This document shows, one piece after another, positions 23,602 to 39,717 of a stretch of 64,000 nt of DNA. This DNA comes from Octopus vulgaris. Taxonomy: Eukaryota. The notes below the pieces were generated by a model. It was not told the origin of the DNA. It searched no databases and worked only from the letters and a program-made list of their open reading frames with translations. Both the position numbers and the translations under genes were made by a program. The stretch spans positions 6,448,001 through 6,512,000 of the forward strand of contig CATOCA020000001.1 of the NCBI GenBank assembly GCA_951406725.2, read 5' to 3'. Numbering within the stretch: the stretch's first letter is position 1; the number at the start of each line of letters is the position of its first letter.

Positions 23602-23627
23602 TTAGTTAGATACCACACTACCACTAC

Positions 23628-23858
23628 CTATTTCTTTACTACCCACAAGGGGCTAAACACAGAGGGGACAAACAAGGACAGACAAACGGATTAAGTCGAT
23701 TATATCGACACCAGTGCATAACTGGTACTTATTTAATCGACCCTGAAAATGATGAAAGGCAAAGTTGACCTCGGCGGAATTTGAACTCAGAGCGTAACGG
23801 CAGACGAAATACCACTAAGCATTTCATCCGGCGTGCTAACATCTCTGCCAGCTCACCG
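23628..23858 (-). mobile_element. SINE family B, near full length
   Basis: Reverse complement of 2525-2704 plus tail tgtgtttagccccttgtgggtagtaaagaaatagg. Confidence 0.88.
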
Positions 23859-23859
23859 T

Positions 23860-24903
23860 CTACCACTACCACTACCACCACAACCACCACCACAACCACC
23901 ACCACTACATTCGGTACAACTACTACTACCACTACCATTACCACCACAACCACCACCACCACAATAGATACCACTGCTACTACTACTACCACCACCACCA
24001 CCACCACAATAGATACCACTGCTACCACCACTACAATCACCACCACCACCACCACAATAGATACCACTGCTACCACCACTACAATCACCACCACCACCAC
24101 CACTACAATAGATACCACTGCTACCACCACTACAATCACCACCACCACCACCACTACAATAGATACCACTGCTACCGCCACTACAATCACCACCACCACC
24201 ACCACCACAATAGATACCACTGATACCACCACTACAATCACCACAACCACTACAATAGATACCACTGCTACCGCCAATACAACCACCACCACCACCACTA
24301 CAATAGATACCACTGCTACCGCCACTACAATCCCCACAACAACTACAATAGATACCACTGCTACCACCACTACTCACCACCACCACCACCACCACAATAG
24401 ATACCACTGATACCACCACTACAATCACCACCACCACCACCACCACAATAGATACCACTGATACCACCACTACAATCACCACCACCACCACCACCACAAT
24501 AGATACCACTGATACCACCACTACAATCACCACCACCACCACTACAATAGATACCACTGATACCACCACTACAATCACCACACCACCACCACCACCACAA
24601 TAGATACCACTGATACCACCACTCACCACCACCACCACCACCACAATAGATACCACTGCTACCGCCACTACAATCACCACCACCACTACAATAGATACCA
24701 CTGCTACCGCCACTACAATCACCACAACCACTACAATAGATACCACTGCTACCGCCACTACAATCACCACCACCACTACAATAGATACCACTGCTACCGC
24801 CACTACAATCACCACCACCACCACCACTACAATAGATACCACTGCTACCGCCACTACAATCACCACCACCACTACAATAGATACCACTGCTACCGCCACT
24901 ACA
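23860..24903. repeat. Minisatellite ACAATAGATACCACTG(C/A)TACC(A/G)CCACTACAATC(ACC)n running into the gap
   Basis: About 20 repeats of a fixed core separated by variable ACC runs. Confidence 0.95.
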
Positions 24904-25003
24904 NNNNNNNNNNNNNNNNNNNNNNNNNNNNNNNNNNNNNNNNNNNNNNNNNNNNNNNNNNNNNNNNNNNNNNNNNNNNNNNNNNNNNNNNNNNNNNNNN
25001 NNN
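24904..25003. other. Assembly gap (100 N)
   Basis: Run of exactly 100 N. Confidence 1.
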
Positions 25004-27706
25004 ATATATATGTGCATATATATATAATCATATTTCAATTCTATCATGATATTATAGCATTGAAATTATAACATAAGTTTTGATTTTAAGACAAAATTAC
25101 TTAAACATTACTTTAAGAAGGGGCAACTTCACTGTTCTAATGTGTCGAACCTATCTTCCTAAACTTAATTACGTTTTTTTCTAAACAAAATGAACATCTT
25201 GCCACAAATCAAACCCTTTAATTGGACTTTATTTATGAAATTTATCATGGCCTTTCTTTTTGTCTTTATCTCCTACCACAACACTTCCTAGTCAATATGA
25301 TTATTATTGATTTGGTCTCACCACTCTGTTCAATACATTGATATTTTGCTTCTGTTGATGTCATTTGTAATGTATTCAGTATTGCACGGTAACTAAGGAT
25401 TTCAGAGGGGGTTGGAAGGTGATATTTGCACATACATACCTACATACATATATACATACATATATACATACATACACACATACACATACATACATACATA
25501 CATACATACATACATACATACATGCATACATACATATACAGAGACGTACACACATACATATATTTTATGGTCCCTTCAGTCATTGAATAAAAGTTTTGAA
25601 TTAGGGCTTAGTTTTGATGTTTAGGGAACCACAAAAATGTGCATTAGCTGGGATTAATTAGCTAGCGAAATCTGTTTATACGTAATTTTCTAAATGTTTT
25701 ATCTGCGACGGTAAATAACAAAATTAAATTCCTGAAGGAAAATAAAAGCAATATCCTAATTTTGAAAAAGACAATACAACATTTTGGAGTGAAAACTCAA
25801 AAATGAATGTTTAAAATGTAGTTATATAGTAGCTTTGCTTGTTACTATGGAAACAGGTACGCATGTGTCTGCGTCTAACCATTTCTGACAATGACCTTCT
25901 GTTCGAAGTTTCAATGTTATATAGATAATAACATACACACTCTTTCACACATATACATAAACATATGTACATATATCTCTCTATACATGCATAAATATAT
26001 ATAAATTCCTATATACACACAGGCAAACACACACACACATATAAATATGTATATAGATATATGTATATATGGGTATAAATATATATATGTGTATGTATAT
26101 AAACACATACATATTATGCATATTTATATGTATATATACATATTATTATATATATATGCATGTATTTATATACACCTATATATTATATATATATATATAT
26201 ATATATTACATTTCATTATATAACAATGTTATCATGAGATAACCCCTTTGAGATTATAAAATAAGTGTCCATCTTAAGAGAAAAATCATTTAACATTACC
26301 TTTACAAAGTTCAAGTTCACTGTTTAGATGTTTTGATTCGGCAGTTTTCTCTAGAAATGAATAACCTATCTTCCTATACTTAATTATGTATTTTGCAAAC
26401 ACAATGAAAGTTTTTCAGCCAATCAAATCGTTTTCCTGGACATTATTTATCTAATTTATCATGGCTCTTATTTCTGCCTTTTTCTCCTACTACAATATTT
26501 CTTAGTCAATATTTTTAAGATTGATTTTTCGGTTGTCACTATTTTGTTCAATACATTGACATTTTGCTTTTGTTGATGGAGTCTGTAATGTATTCAGTAT
26601 TGCAGCGTAACTAAGGACTTCAGATGGAGTCGGAAAATGATATGCATACATAAATACATACATACATACATAACGACATACATACATACATACATACATG
26701 CATGCAACCATGCTTGCGTGCATGCATGCATATATACATACATACATATATACATACATAAATGCATACATGTATACATACATATATACATACATACATT
26801 AATACTTACATACATACATTCATACTTACATGCTTAAAACATGCGTACGTACATACATTAGCTGGGATTAATTAATTAGTGAAATATTTTATATATATTT
26901 TCCTAGATATTTCTCTGCAAAAATTGATATCTTTTTGTGTGTGGGTGTGTTTGTGTGTGTGTGTCTGTCTGTCTGTCTGTCTGTCTGTGTGTGTGTACTT
27001 GGGCATGGCAACAAGCCAACAAGTGCAATGAATCGGATACAAAAGGCGTGTTTGTGAACGAGAGAGAGAGTGAGAGTGTGAAAGAGAGAGTGAAAGTGAG
27101 AGAGAGAAAGAGAGTGAGAGAGAGAGTGTGAGAGTGAGAGAGTGTGTGAGAGTGAGAGACAGGGACAGACAGACAGACAGTATCTTCCAGGCAGTTTATA
27201 GATTATAGTAATGGATTCAAAATAACAAGTGTTATAATTTCATGTTACGCTATGAAGAGTTGTGTTGAAAACATTTACAGTCAAAACATTTGACTACATT
27301 TGACAACATTGTAACCCTCTTCTGTTTTCAAATACTCAGGAAGTGTAAATGCGAAACAAGCATATGTTCTAGCTTCCGTTTGTCATTCTCCAAAATACAT
27401 AATTATAAAGGGTATAGTTTGTATATAACAGAGTATTACTGTATCATAATAGCGAAAAACCTGATGTTCATTCGATTAAATTTCTCTTTCCACTTCGAGA
27501 CAATAGGACAATTGGGGGCGGGGCCCGAAAAAATTTCAACACAGCCGAACTTTAACATACGGAGATTTTACTGCACGCTCTCACAAAAATATATATACTC
27601 ATATATACATATATATCTATAGATACATAAACACATATATAAATTCATATACACACACCAAAGTATATATGTGTATATATATATACATATACACATATAT
27701 GCATAT

Positions 27707-27754
<48 letters not shown>

Positions 27755-27809
27755 CTGGGAACCAAAGTATATATGTGTATATATATATACATATACACAT
27801 ATATGCATA

Positions 27810-27861
<52 letters not shown>

Positions 27862-27863
<2 letters not shown>

Positions 27864-28608
27864 TCATCATCATCATCATCATCGTTTAACGTCCGTTTTC
27901 CATGCTAGCATGGGTTGGACGGTTCGACCGGGGATCTGGGAAGCCAGAAGGCTGCCCCAGGCTCCGGTCTTATCCGGCAATGTTTCTAAAGCTAGATGCC
28001 CTTCCTAACGCCAACCACTCCGTGAGTGTAGTGGGTGCTTTTTACGTGCCACCTGCACTGGAGCCAGGCGAGGCTGGCATCGGCCACGATTCGGATGGTG
28101 CTTTTTACGTATCTCCAGTCCAGTGGTCCTGGCATTTGCCAGGTGCCAGTCATAGGATTGGTTCAATTTCGATTCCGATTTCGATTTCGATTTCACTTGC
28201 CACAACAGGTCTTCGCAAGCAAAGGGGGTAGGCATAGGTGCCTGTCGTCGGATAAGGTTTGATATCGACATCGCTTGCCTCAACAGGCCTTTGTGTGTCC
28301 AAGGGAGGAAAGGCAGACATAAATGGGCTGGAATCACTTGTCCTGCCTGGTCTTTTCACGCACAGCATATTTCCAAAGTTCTCGGTCTCAGGTCATTTCC
28401 TCGGTGAGACCTAAAGTTCGAAGGTCGTGCTTCAACACCGGGTCCTAGGTTTTCCTGGGTCTACCTCTTCCACGGGTTCCCTCCACGGCTAGGGATTGGC
28501 ACTTTTTCACACACCTATCTTCATCCATTCTCGCCACATGACCATACCAGCGCAAACGTCTCTTGCACACCACAACTGATGCTCCTTAAGTCTAACATTT
28601 CTCTCAGG
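27862..28608 (-). mobile_element. RTE 3' fragment inside array unit 1
   Basis: (CAT)n tail, 3' UTR and [25 protein letters not shown], related to 16860-17678. Confidence 0.9.
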
Positions 28609-28667
28609 GTATATATATATATATATATATATACATACATGTATACACACACGCACACACACAAATA

Positions 28668-28712
<45 letters not shown>

Positions 28713-28975
28713 TATTTCATACGTAAATATAATTGGGACATTTTTACCACTATGTGGAAACCCTTACGCTAGTAGGAGATTCGCCACTAAGAATTGTTCT
28801 GGAGAAAATTTAGAACACCAGAAACGTAAGCGAGCAAGACAAATGAAAATAACAAAAATATAGATTAATCATAAGCAATTGTTTCACTATTAACAAATTA
28901 CGTAATTCTAATTACATAATAAATTCTATATTGTTGGATAGATAGACAGACAGACAGACGGATAGACAAGTAAGT

Positions 28976-29270
<295 letters not shown>

Positions 29271-29654
29271 CCGACAGGCGGGCGGAGAGATCGATAGACA
29301 GATATATTATTTGTAATGTTGATCAGTATCTAGGAAATAAAACGTTTCCTGTTTTCAGAGCTCGATATATTATTGATTATAATTTGACGTAACATTCGTC
29401 TTTCATTGCACCTTCAACGACACACACAAACACACACACACACACACGCACACACGAACCATTTAATGTTTTCATAATACAGGTACGATAAAAGCTCAGA
29501 AGTTTACTCTGGTTCATGTCATGACACGTTACAAAGAAGGCGGAGGGAGAGACAAGGAGAAGCAAGGAATCGACACAGTCACTGACGCAACACAAAATTA
29601 TCAACAATGCATACATCGCTCCCCCCAAAACCTCCCTCTCCCTCCCTCCCTCTT

Positions 29655-29685
<31 letters not shown>

Positions 29686-29954
29686 GTCACTATATTAAAT
29701 ATATATTTTATTGTGTGTGTGTTTGTGTGAGTGTGTGTGTGTGCGCGTGGGTGAATTTGCCATGAAAGACGAAGGTTGCGTCAAATCATTATCATCAATG
29801 AGGTATTGAGTGTTTTGCTGTTTCCTAAAAACTGATAAACAACAGAATGTCTCTATCTGCCCAGCTCTCTGTTTCTCTCTCTCTTTCTCTCTTTCTTTCT
29901 CTCTCTCTCTCTCGCACGCGCCCGCGCATACAGAGACACGCATAACATATACAT

Positions 29955-30090
29955 ATTGCTTGCCAACCAGATGATTCCCGGTTCAGTCCCAGTGCGTGGC
30001 ACCATGGGCAAGTGATTTCTACTTTAACCTCGGGCTACCTAAAGTCTTCTCAGTGAATTCGGTTGACAGAAACTGAAAGAAGTCCGTCGA
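29955..30090 (+). mobile_element. SINE family A head inside the array unit (present in all seven units)
   Basis: tgcttgccaacc..ggttcagtcccagtgcgtggcacc.tgggcaagtg..gaaactgaaagaag. Confidence 0.8.
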
Positions 30091-30119
30091 ATACACACAC
30101 ACACACACACACACACACA

Positions 30120-30390
30120 TCTATGTATGTATGAAAACCTGGACTCATGAGTCATCTTCGTATTCATAAAACGAGACAGATGAGTGACAACCTAACCACT
30201 GGTGGTGGTGTAACACACCATTCTAATCATATCTGTCGGGCATATGCAAGTGAGTGTAATACGGCAGGAGGACTTAAACGACATGCAAAGGTACATGAAG
30301 CCCAGATACGACTACAGCCGGCTATTACCAGTAAATGATTTTGTTGCCAATTTTGTACAAGACATTGTAGATTCGGCAGTTTTCTTTAGA
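30120..30390 (+). pseudogene. Degenerate C2H2 zinc-finger fragment repeated in every unit (also ~36893, 43563, 51765, 55283, 58822, 63215)
   Basis: GLMSHLRIH, CRAYASECNTAGGLKRHAKVH, then after a stop FCCQFCTRHC; style fits the C-terminal fingers of RTE-like LINE ORFs. Confidence 0.6.
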
Positions 30391-31632
30391 AACGAATGAC
30401 CCAGGTTCCTGTAATTCATTGCCTTTAATTCTTTTATTTTTTCAGTCATTTGACTGCCGCAATGCTGGAGCATCGTCTTACACACACACAAACACACACG
30501 CACACACACACACATGTGTGTGTGTATGTGTGTGTGCATGATTGGGAAGAAACCAAGACATGTAAACAATTTCAAAAGATCCGATGCAAAAGGCTGCTCA
30601 GAGAGTGAGAGACAAAGACAGAGAGAGACAGAAAGTGAGAGAGAGAGAGAGAGAGTAAGAGAGACCCTATCTGAGGGAGAGTTTATAAATTATATGAAAG
30701 GAATTAAAATATTAACATTGTTATAATTTAATGTAATGCAATGAAGAGTTGTGATACTGTGAACAATTTAATACCAAAACGTATGACTACTACACATTGT
30801 AATCTTTTCATAATCATATAAATATCAGGCTTTTCTACTCATTTCTGGTTTCAAATACTCCTGAACAGTAAATGCGAATTTCGTTTACTAACTTTCGTTT
30901 GTGATTCTCCAAAATACATACTTATGAACTGTATAGTTTGTATGTAACAGAGTATTACTATAAATATAATAGCAAAAAATTCTGAAGTGTATTCGACTAA
31001 AGTTCCCTTTTCATTTCGAGACGGTAGGAGTAAATGTAAAGTATTATTATATTAATAGAAGCCACTTTTACTTGGCCTTAAGTGAATGTTCGACTTCGTT
31101 CGAATTAGGCGTTGCTTTTAACATATAAAACTGTCTTGGGGTCGGGCACAGAAAATGTTCGACGGAACCGTGTGGTGGACTTATCCGACTTAAAGACAAC
31201 GGGATTTTAATGTAATATGAATGACTACATACCCACTCTTACAAACATATATATATACACATATATACATATACAACTGTATATATACACACGCGCAATC
31301 ATATAAACATATATATATATGTATACATATATATGTATATTCAAACACGTATGTATATATACACGTATATATGTATATATATATATATGATTATATATGT
31401 ATATATGTATACACATATACGTATATATATATATCAATATGTATATATATATATATATATATACAGACACGCAAACATATAAACATGTATATATATGTAT
31501 ACACATATACGTATATTTATAAATATGTGTATGTATATATATATATATATATATATACATATGTATGTATATATGTATATATATATAGTTATATATATAT
31601 ATACGTATATGTATATATATATAGTTACATAT

Positions 31633-31695
<63 letters not shown>

Positions 31696-31768
31696 CATAT
31701 GTATGTATATATGTATATATATATATTATATATATATATACATATATGTATATAATATATAGTTACAT

Positions 31769-31854
<86 letters not shown>

Positions 31855-33040
31855 TATGTGCATATATATATAATCATATATAAATTCTATCATGATATTA
31901 CAGCATTGAAATTATAACATAAGTTTTGATTTTAAGACAAAATTACTTAAACATTACTTTAAGAAGGGGCAACTTCACTGTTCTAAGGTGTCGAACCTAT
32001 CTTCCTAAACTTAATTACATTTTTTTCTAAACAAAATGAACATCTTGCCACAAATCAAACCCTTTAATTGGACTTTATTTATGAAATTTATCATCGCCTT
32101 TCTTTTTGTCTTTAACTCCTACCACAACACTTCCTAGTTAATATGATTATTATTGATTTGGTCTCACTAGTGTGTTCAATACATTGATATTTAGCTTCTG
32201 TTGATGTCATTTGTAATGTATTCAGTATTGCACGGTAACTAAGGATTTCAGAGGGAGTTGGAAGGTGATACTTGCACATACGTACATACATACATACATA
32301 TATACATACATATATACATACATACACACATACACACATACATACATACATACATACACACATACATACACACATACATACATACATGCATATATACATA
32401 TACAGATACGTACACATATACATATATTTTATGGTCCCTTCAGTCATTGCATAAAAGTTGTGAATTAGGGCTTAGTTTTGATGTTTAGGGAACCACAAAA
32501 CTGTGCATTAGCTGGGATTAATTAGCTAGCGAAATCTGTTTATACGTAATTTTCTAGATGTTTTATCTGCGACGGTAAATAACAAATTTAGATTCCGGAA
32601 GGAAAATTAAAGCAATATCCTAATTTTGAAAAAGACAATACAATATTTTGGAGTGAAAACTCAAAAATGAATGTTTAAAATGTAGTTATATAGTAGCTTC
32701 GCTTGTTACTATGGAAACAGGTACCTATGTGACTGCGTCTAACCATTTCTGACAATGACCTTCTTTTCGAATTTTCAACGTTATATAGATAATTACATAC
32801 ACACTCTTTCACACATATACATAAACATATGTACACATATCTATCTATACATGCATAAATATATATAAATTCCTATATACACACAGGCAAACACACACAC
32901 ACATATAAATATGTATATAGATATATGTATATATGGGTATAAATATATATATGTGTATGTATATAAACACATACATATTATGCATATTTATATGTATATA
33001 TACCTATTATTATATATATATCCATGTATTTATATACACC

Positions 33041-33110
<70 letters not shown>

Positions 33111-34741
33111 CATTTCATTATATACAATGTTATCTTGAGATAACCCCTTTGAGATTATAACATAAGTGTCCATCTTAAGAGAAAAATCATTTAACATTAC
33201 CTTTACAAAGTTCAACTTCACTGTTTAGATGTTTCGATTCGGCAGTTTTCTCTAGAAATGAATAACCTATCTTCCTATACTTAATTATGTATTTTTGAAA
33301 CACAATGAAAGTTTTTCAGCCAATCAAATCGTTTTCCTGGACATTATATATCTAATTTATCATGGCTCTTATTTCTACCTTTTTCTCCTACTACAATATT
33401 TCTTAGTCAATATTTTTAAGATTGATTTTTCGGTTGTCACTATTTTGTTCAATACATTGACATTTTGCTTTTGTTGATGAAGTCTGTAATGTATTCAGTA
33501 TTGAGCGTAACTAAGGACTTCAGATGGAGTCGGAAAATGATATGCATACATACATACATACATACATACATACATACATACATACATACATACATACATA
33601 CATCAATACGTACATACATGCATTCAACCATGCTTGCGTGCATGCATGCATATATATATATACATACATACATACATAAATACATACATGTATACATACA
33701 TATATACATACATACATTAATACGTACATACATACAAACGTACATACATGCTTAAAACATGCGTACGTACATACATTAGCTGGGATTAATTAATTAGTGA
33801 CATATTTTATATATATTTTCCTAGATATTTCTCTGCAACAATTGATATCTTTTTGTGTGTGGGTGTGTTTGTGTGTGTGTGTGTCTGTCTGTCTGTCTGT
33901 GTGTGTGTACTTGTGCATGGCAACAAGCCAACAAGTACAATGAATCAGATACAAAAGGCGTGTTTGTGAGCGAGAGAGTGAGAGAGTGAAAGAGAGAATG
34001 AAAGTGAGAGAGAGAAAGAGAGTGAGAGAGAGAGTGTGAGAGTGAGAGAGTGTGTGAGAGTGAGAGACAGGGACAGACAGACAGACAGTATCTTCCAGGC
34101 AGTTTATTGATTATAGTAATGGATTCAAAATAACAAGTGTTATAATTTCATGTAACGCTATGAAGTGTTGTGTTGAAAACATTTACAGTCAAAACATTTG
34201 ACTACATTTGACAACATTGTAATCCTCTTCTGTTTTCAAATACTCAGGAAGTGTAAATGCGAAACAAGCATATGTTCTAGCTTCCGTTTGTGATTCTCCA
34301 AAATACATAATTATAAAGTGTATAGTTTGTATGTAACAGAGTATTACTGTATTATAATAGCGAAAATCCTGATGTTCATTCGATTAAATTTCTCTTTCCA
34401 CTTCGAGACAATAGGACCAACTTTATAGTATTATTAATTGATACAAACCCAATGTATTTCGAGTTACGCGAATGTTCGACTTATCCGACTTGGAGTTAAG
34501 TGTGGCTTTTAACAAATATAATTGTGTCTTGGGGGCGGGGCCCGAAAAAATTTCAACACAGCCGAACTTTAACATACGGAGATTTTACTGCACGCTCTCA
34601 CAAAAATATATATACTCATATATACATATATATCTATAGATACATAAACACATATATAAATTCATATACACACACCAAAGTATATATGTGTATATATATA
34701 TACATATACACATATATGCATATATATATATATATATATAT

Positions 34742-35488
34742 ATCATCATCATCATCATCATCGTTTAACGTCCGTTTTCCATGCTAGCATGGGTTGGACG
34801 GTTCGTCCGGGGATCTGGGAAGCCAGAAGGCTGCCCCAGGCTCCGGCCTTATCCGGCAATGTTTCTACAGCTGGCTGCCCTTCCTAACGCCAACCACTCC
34901 GTGAGTGTAGTGGGTGCTTTTTACGTGCCACCTGCACTGGAGCCAGGCGAGGCTGGCATCGGCCACGATTCGGATGGTGCTTTTTACGTATCTCCAGTGC
35001 AGTGGTCCTGGCATTTGCCAGGTGCCAGTCATAGGATTGGTTCAATTTCGATTCCGATTTCGATTTCGATTTCACTTGGCCCAACAGGTCTTCGCAAGCA
35101 GAGGGGGTAGGCATAGGTGCCTGTCGTCGGATGAGGTTCGATATCGACTCCGCTTGCCTCAACAGGTCTTTGTGTGTCCAAGGGAGGAAAGGCAGGCATA
35201 AATGGGCTGGACTCACTTGTCCTGCCTGGTCTTTTCACGCACAGCATATTTCCAAAGTTCTCGGTCGCAGGTCATTTCCTCGGTGAGACCTAAAGTTCGA
35301 AGGTCATGCTTTACCACCTCGTCCTAGGTTTTCCTGGGTCTACCTCTTCCACGGGTTCCCTCCACTGCTAGGGATTGGCACTTTTTCACACACCTATCTT
35401 CATCCATTCTCGCCACATGACCATACCAGCGCAAACGTCTCTCTTGCACACCATAACTGATGCTCCTTAAGTCCAACATTTCTCTCAG

Positions 35489-35490
<2 letters not shown>
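34742..35490 (-). mobile_element. RTE 3' fragment, unit 2
   Basis: Colinear with 27862-28608. Confidence 0.9.
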
Positions 35491-35536
<46 letters not shown>

Positions 35537-35860
35537 CATGTATACACACACGCACACACACAAATATATATGTATATATATATATATATATATATACTAT
35601 TTCATACGTAAATATAATTGGGACATTTTCCCCACTATGTGGAAACCCTTACGCTAGTAGAAGATTCGCCACTAAGAATTGTTCTGGAGAAAATTTAGAA
35701 CTCCAGAAACGTAAGCGAGCAAGACAAATGAAAATAACAAAAATATAGATTAAACATAAACAATTGTTTCACTATTAACAAATTACGTAATTCTAATTAC
35801 ATAAGAAATTCTATATTGTTGGATAGATAGACTGACAGACAGACGGATAGACAAGTAAGT

Positions 35861-35981
<121 letters not shown>

Positions 35982-36148
35982 CAGAGATAGATAGATAGAC
36001 CGACAGGCGGGCGGAGAGATCGATAGACAGATATATTATTTGTGATGTTGATCAGTACCTAGGAAACAAAACCTTTCCTGTTTTCAGAGCTCGATATATT
36101 ATTGATTATAATTTGACGTAACATTTGTCTTTCATTGAACCTTCAACG

Positions 36149-36181
<33 letters not shown>

Positions 36182-36808
36182 CGAACCATTTAATGATTAC
36201 ATAATACAGGTACGAGAAAAGCTCAGAAGTTTACTCTGGTTCATGTCATGACACGTTACAAAGAAGGCGGAGGAAAGGATAAGGAGAATCAAGGAATCGA
36301 TACAGTCCCTGACGCAACAGAAAACTATCAACAATGCATACATCGGTCTCTCCAAACCCTCCCTCTCCCTCCTCCCTCTTTCTCTCTCTCTCTCTCTTTC
36401 TCTGTCACTATATTAAATATATATTATATTGTGTGTGTGTTTGTGTGAGTGTGTGTGTGTGCGCGTGGGTGAATTTGCCATGAAAGACGAAGGTTGCGTC
36501 AAATCATTATCATCAATGAGGTATTGAGTGCTTTGCTGTTTCCTAGAAACTGATAAACAACAGAATGTCTCTATCTGCCCATCTCTCTCTTTCTTTCTCT
36601 CTCTCTCTCTTTCTTTCTCTCTCTCTCTCTCGCACGCGCCCGCGCATACAGAGACACGCATAACATATACATATTGCTTGCCAACCGTATGGTTCCCGGT
36701 TCAGTCCCAGTGCGTGCTACCATGGGCAAGTGATTTCTACTTTAACCTCGGGCAACCTAAAGTCTTCTCAGTGAATTCGGTTGACAGAAACTGAAAGAAG
36801 CCCGTCGA

Positions 36809-36854
<46 letters not shown>

Positions 36855-37221
36855 ACTCACACACATCTATGTATGTATGAAAAGCTGGACTCATGAGTCA
36901 TCTTCGTATTCATAAAACGAGACAGATGAGTCACAACCTAACCACTGGTGGTGGTGTAACACACCATACTAATCATATCTGTCGGGCATATGCAAGTGAG
37001 TGTAATACGGCAGGAGGACTTAAACGACATGCAAAGGTACATGAAGCCCAGATACGACTACAGCCGGCTATTACCAGTAAATGATTTTGTTGCCAATTTT
37101 GTACAAGACATTGTAGATTCGGCAGTTTTCTTTAAAAACGAATGACCCAGGTTCCTGTAATTCATTGCCTTTTATTCTTTTATTTTTTCAGTCATTTGAC
37201 TGCCGCAATGCTGGAACATCG

Positions 37222-37333
<112 letters not shown>

Positions 37334-38159
37334 ATGATTGGGAAGAAACCAAGACATGTCAACAATTTCAAAAGATCCGATGCAAAAGGCTGCTCAGAGA
37401 GTGAGAGACAAAGACAGAGAGAGAGACAGAAAGTGAGAGAGAGAGAGAGAGAGAGTAAGAGAGAGTCTATCCGAGGGAGAGTTTATAGATTATATGAAAG
37501 GAATTAAAATATTAACATTGTTATAATTTAATGTAATGCAATGAAGTGTCGTGATACTGTGAACACTTTAATACCAAAACGTATGACTACTACACATTGT
37601 AATCTTTTCATAATCAAATAAATATCAGGCTTTTTTACTCATTTCTGGTTTCAAATACTCCTGAACAGTAAATGCGAATTTCGTTTACTAACTTTCGTTT
37701 GTGATTCCCCAAAACACATACTTATAAACTGTATAGTTTGTATATAACAGAGTATTACTATAAATATAATAGCGAAAAATTCTGAAGTGCATTCGACTAA
37801 AGTTCCCTTTTCATTTCGAGACGGTAGGAGTAAATGTAAAGTATTATTATATTAATAGAATCCACCTTTACATGGCATTAAGTGAATGTTAAGCGTTCGA
37901 GTTAAGCGTTGCTTTTAAAATGTAAAAATGTGTCTTGGGGTCGGGCACAGAACATGTTCGACGGAACCGTGTGGTGGACTTATCCGACTTCCAGACAACG
38001 GGATTTTAATGTAATATGAAAGACTACATACACGCTCCTACAATCATATGTATATACACATATATATACATATACAACTGTATATATACACACGCGCAAA
38101 CATATAAACATATATATATATATACATATATACGTATATTCAAACACGTATGTATATAT

Positions 38160-38206
<47 letters not shown>

Positions 38207-38338
38207 TATATATGTATATATGTATACTCATATACGTATATATATAAATATGTATATATATATATATACACACACACAAACATATAAACATGTATTTATA
38301 TGTATACACATGTACGTATATTTATAAATATGTGTATG

Positions 38339-38370
<32 letters not shown>

Positions 38371-38453
38371 CATATGTATGTATATATGTATATATATATA
38401 GTTATATATATATACATATATGTATATATATATAGTTACATATAGATATACAT

Positions 38454-38493
<40 letters not shown>

Positions 38494-39679
38494 CTATATA
38501 TATATATATACATATATGTATACATATATATGTGCATATATATATAATCATATTTCAATTCTATCATGAGATTACACCATTGAAATTATAACATAAGTTT
38601 TGATTTTAAGACAAAATTACTTAAACATTACTTTAAGAAGGGGCAACTTCACTGTTCTAGTGTGTCGAACCTATCTTCCTAAACTTAATTACGTTTTTTT
38701 CTAAACAACATGAACATCTTGCCACAAATCAAACCCTTTAATTGGACTTTATTTATGAAATTTATCATGGCCGTTCTTTCTTTCTTTATCTCCTAACACA
38801 ACACTTCCTAGTCAATGTGATTATTATTGATTTGGTCTCACCATTGTGTTCAATGCATTGATATTTTGCTTTTGTTGATGTCATTTGTAATGTATTCAGT
38901 ATTGCACGGTAACCAAGGATTTCGGAGGGAGTTGGAAGGTGATATTTGCATATATGCCTATATACATATATACATACATATATATATACACATATTTATA
39001 CATACATACATTCAAAGATACGTACACACATACTTTCAGTCATTGCATGAATGTTTTGAATTGGGGCTTAGTGTTGATGTTTAGGGCCCCACAAAACTGT
39101 GCATTAGCTGGGATTAATTAGCTAGCGAAATCTGTTTATACGTAATATTCTAAAAGTTTTTTCTGCGACGGTAAATAACAAAATTAGATTCCGGAAGGAA
39201 AATTAAAGCAATATCCTAATTTTGAAAAAGACAATACAATGTTTTGGAATTAAAACTCAAAAATGAATGTTTAAAATGTAGTTATATAGTAGCTTTGCTT
39301 GTTACTATGGAAACAGGTACGCATGTGTCTGCGTCTAACCATTTCTGACAATGACCTTCTGTTCGAAGTTTCAATGTTATATAGATAATTACATAAACAC
39401 TCTTTCACACATATACATTAACATATGTACACATATCTATCTATACATGCATAAATATATATAAATTCCTATATACACCGGCAAACACACAAACACATAT
39501 AAATATGTATATACATATATATATATATATGTATAATATATATATATACATATATATGTATGTATATAACACACATACATATATATGTATATATACATAT
39601 GTATATATATATTGTATACATGTGTGTGTGTTTATATATACATATATATAAGTGTATATATATGCATATATATACATAC

Positions 39680-39717
<38 letters not shown>

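Noticed and set aside
23960-24903. CRISPR-like repeat/spacer appearance
   Set aside because: The spacers are only ACC runs, there are no cas genes and the context is eukaryotic
23729-25047. Long Val-, Thr- or Gly-rich ORFs
   Set aside because: Minisatellite translation; begin inside a SINE or the N gap and contain frame breaks
27902-28368. ~110-aa ORFs repeated in four units
   Set aside because: They lie in the RTE 3' UTR; stop positions vary between units
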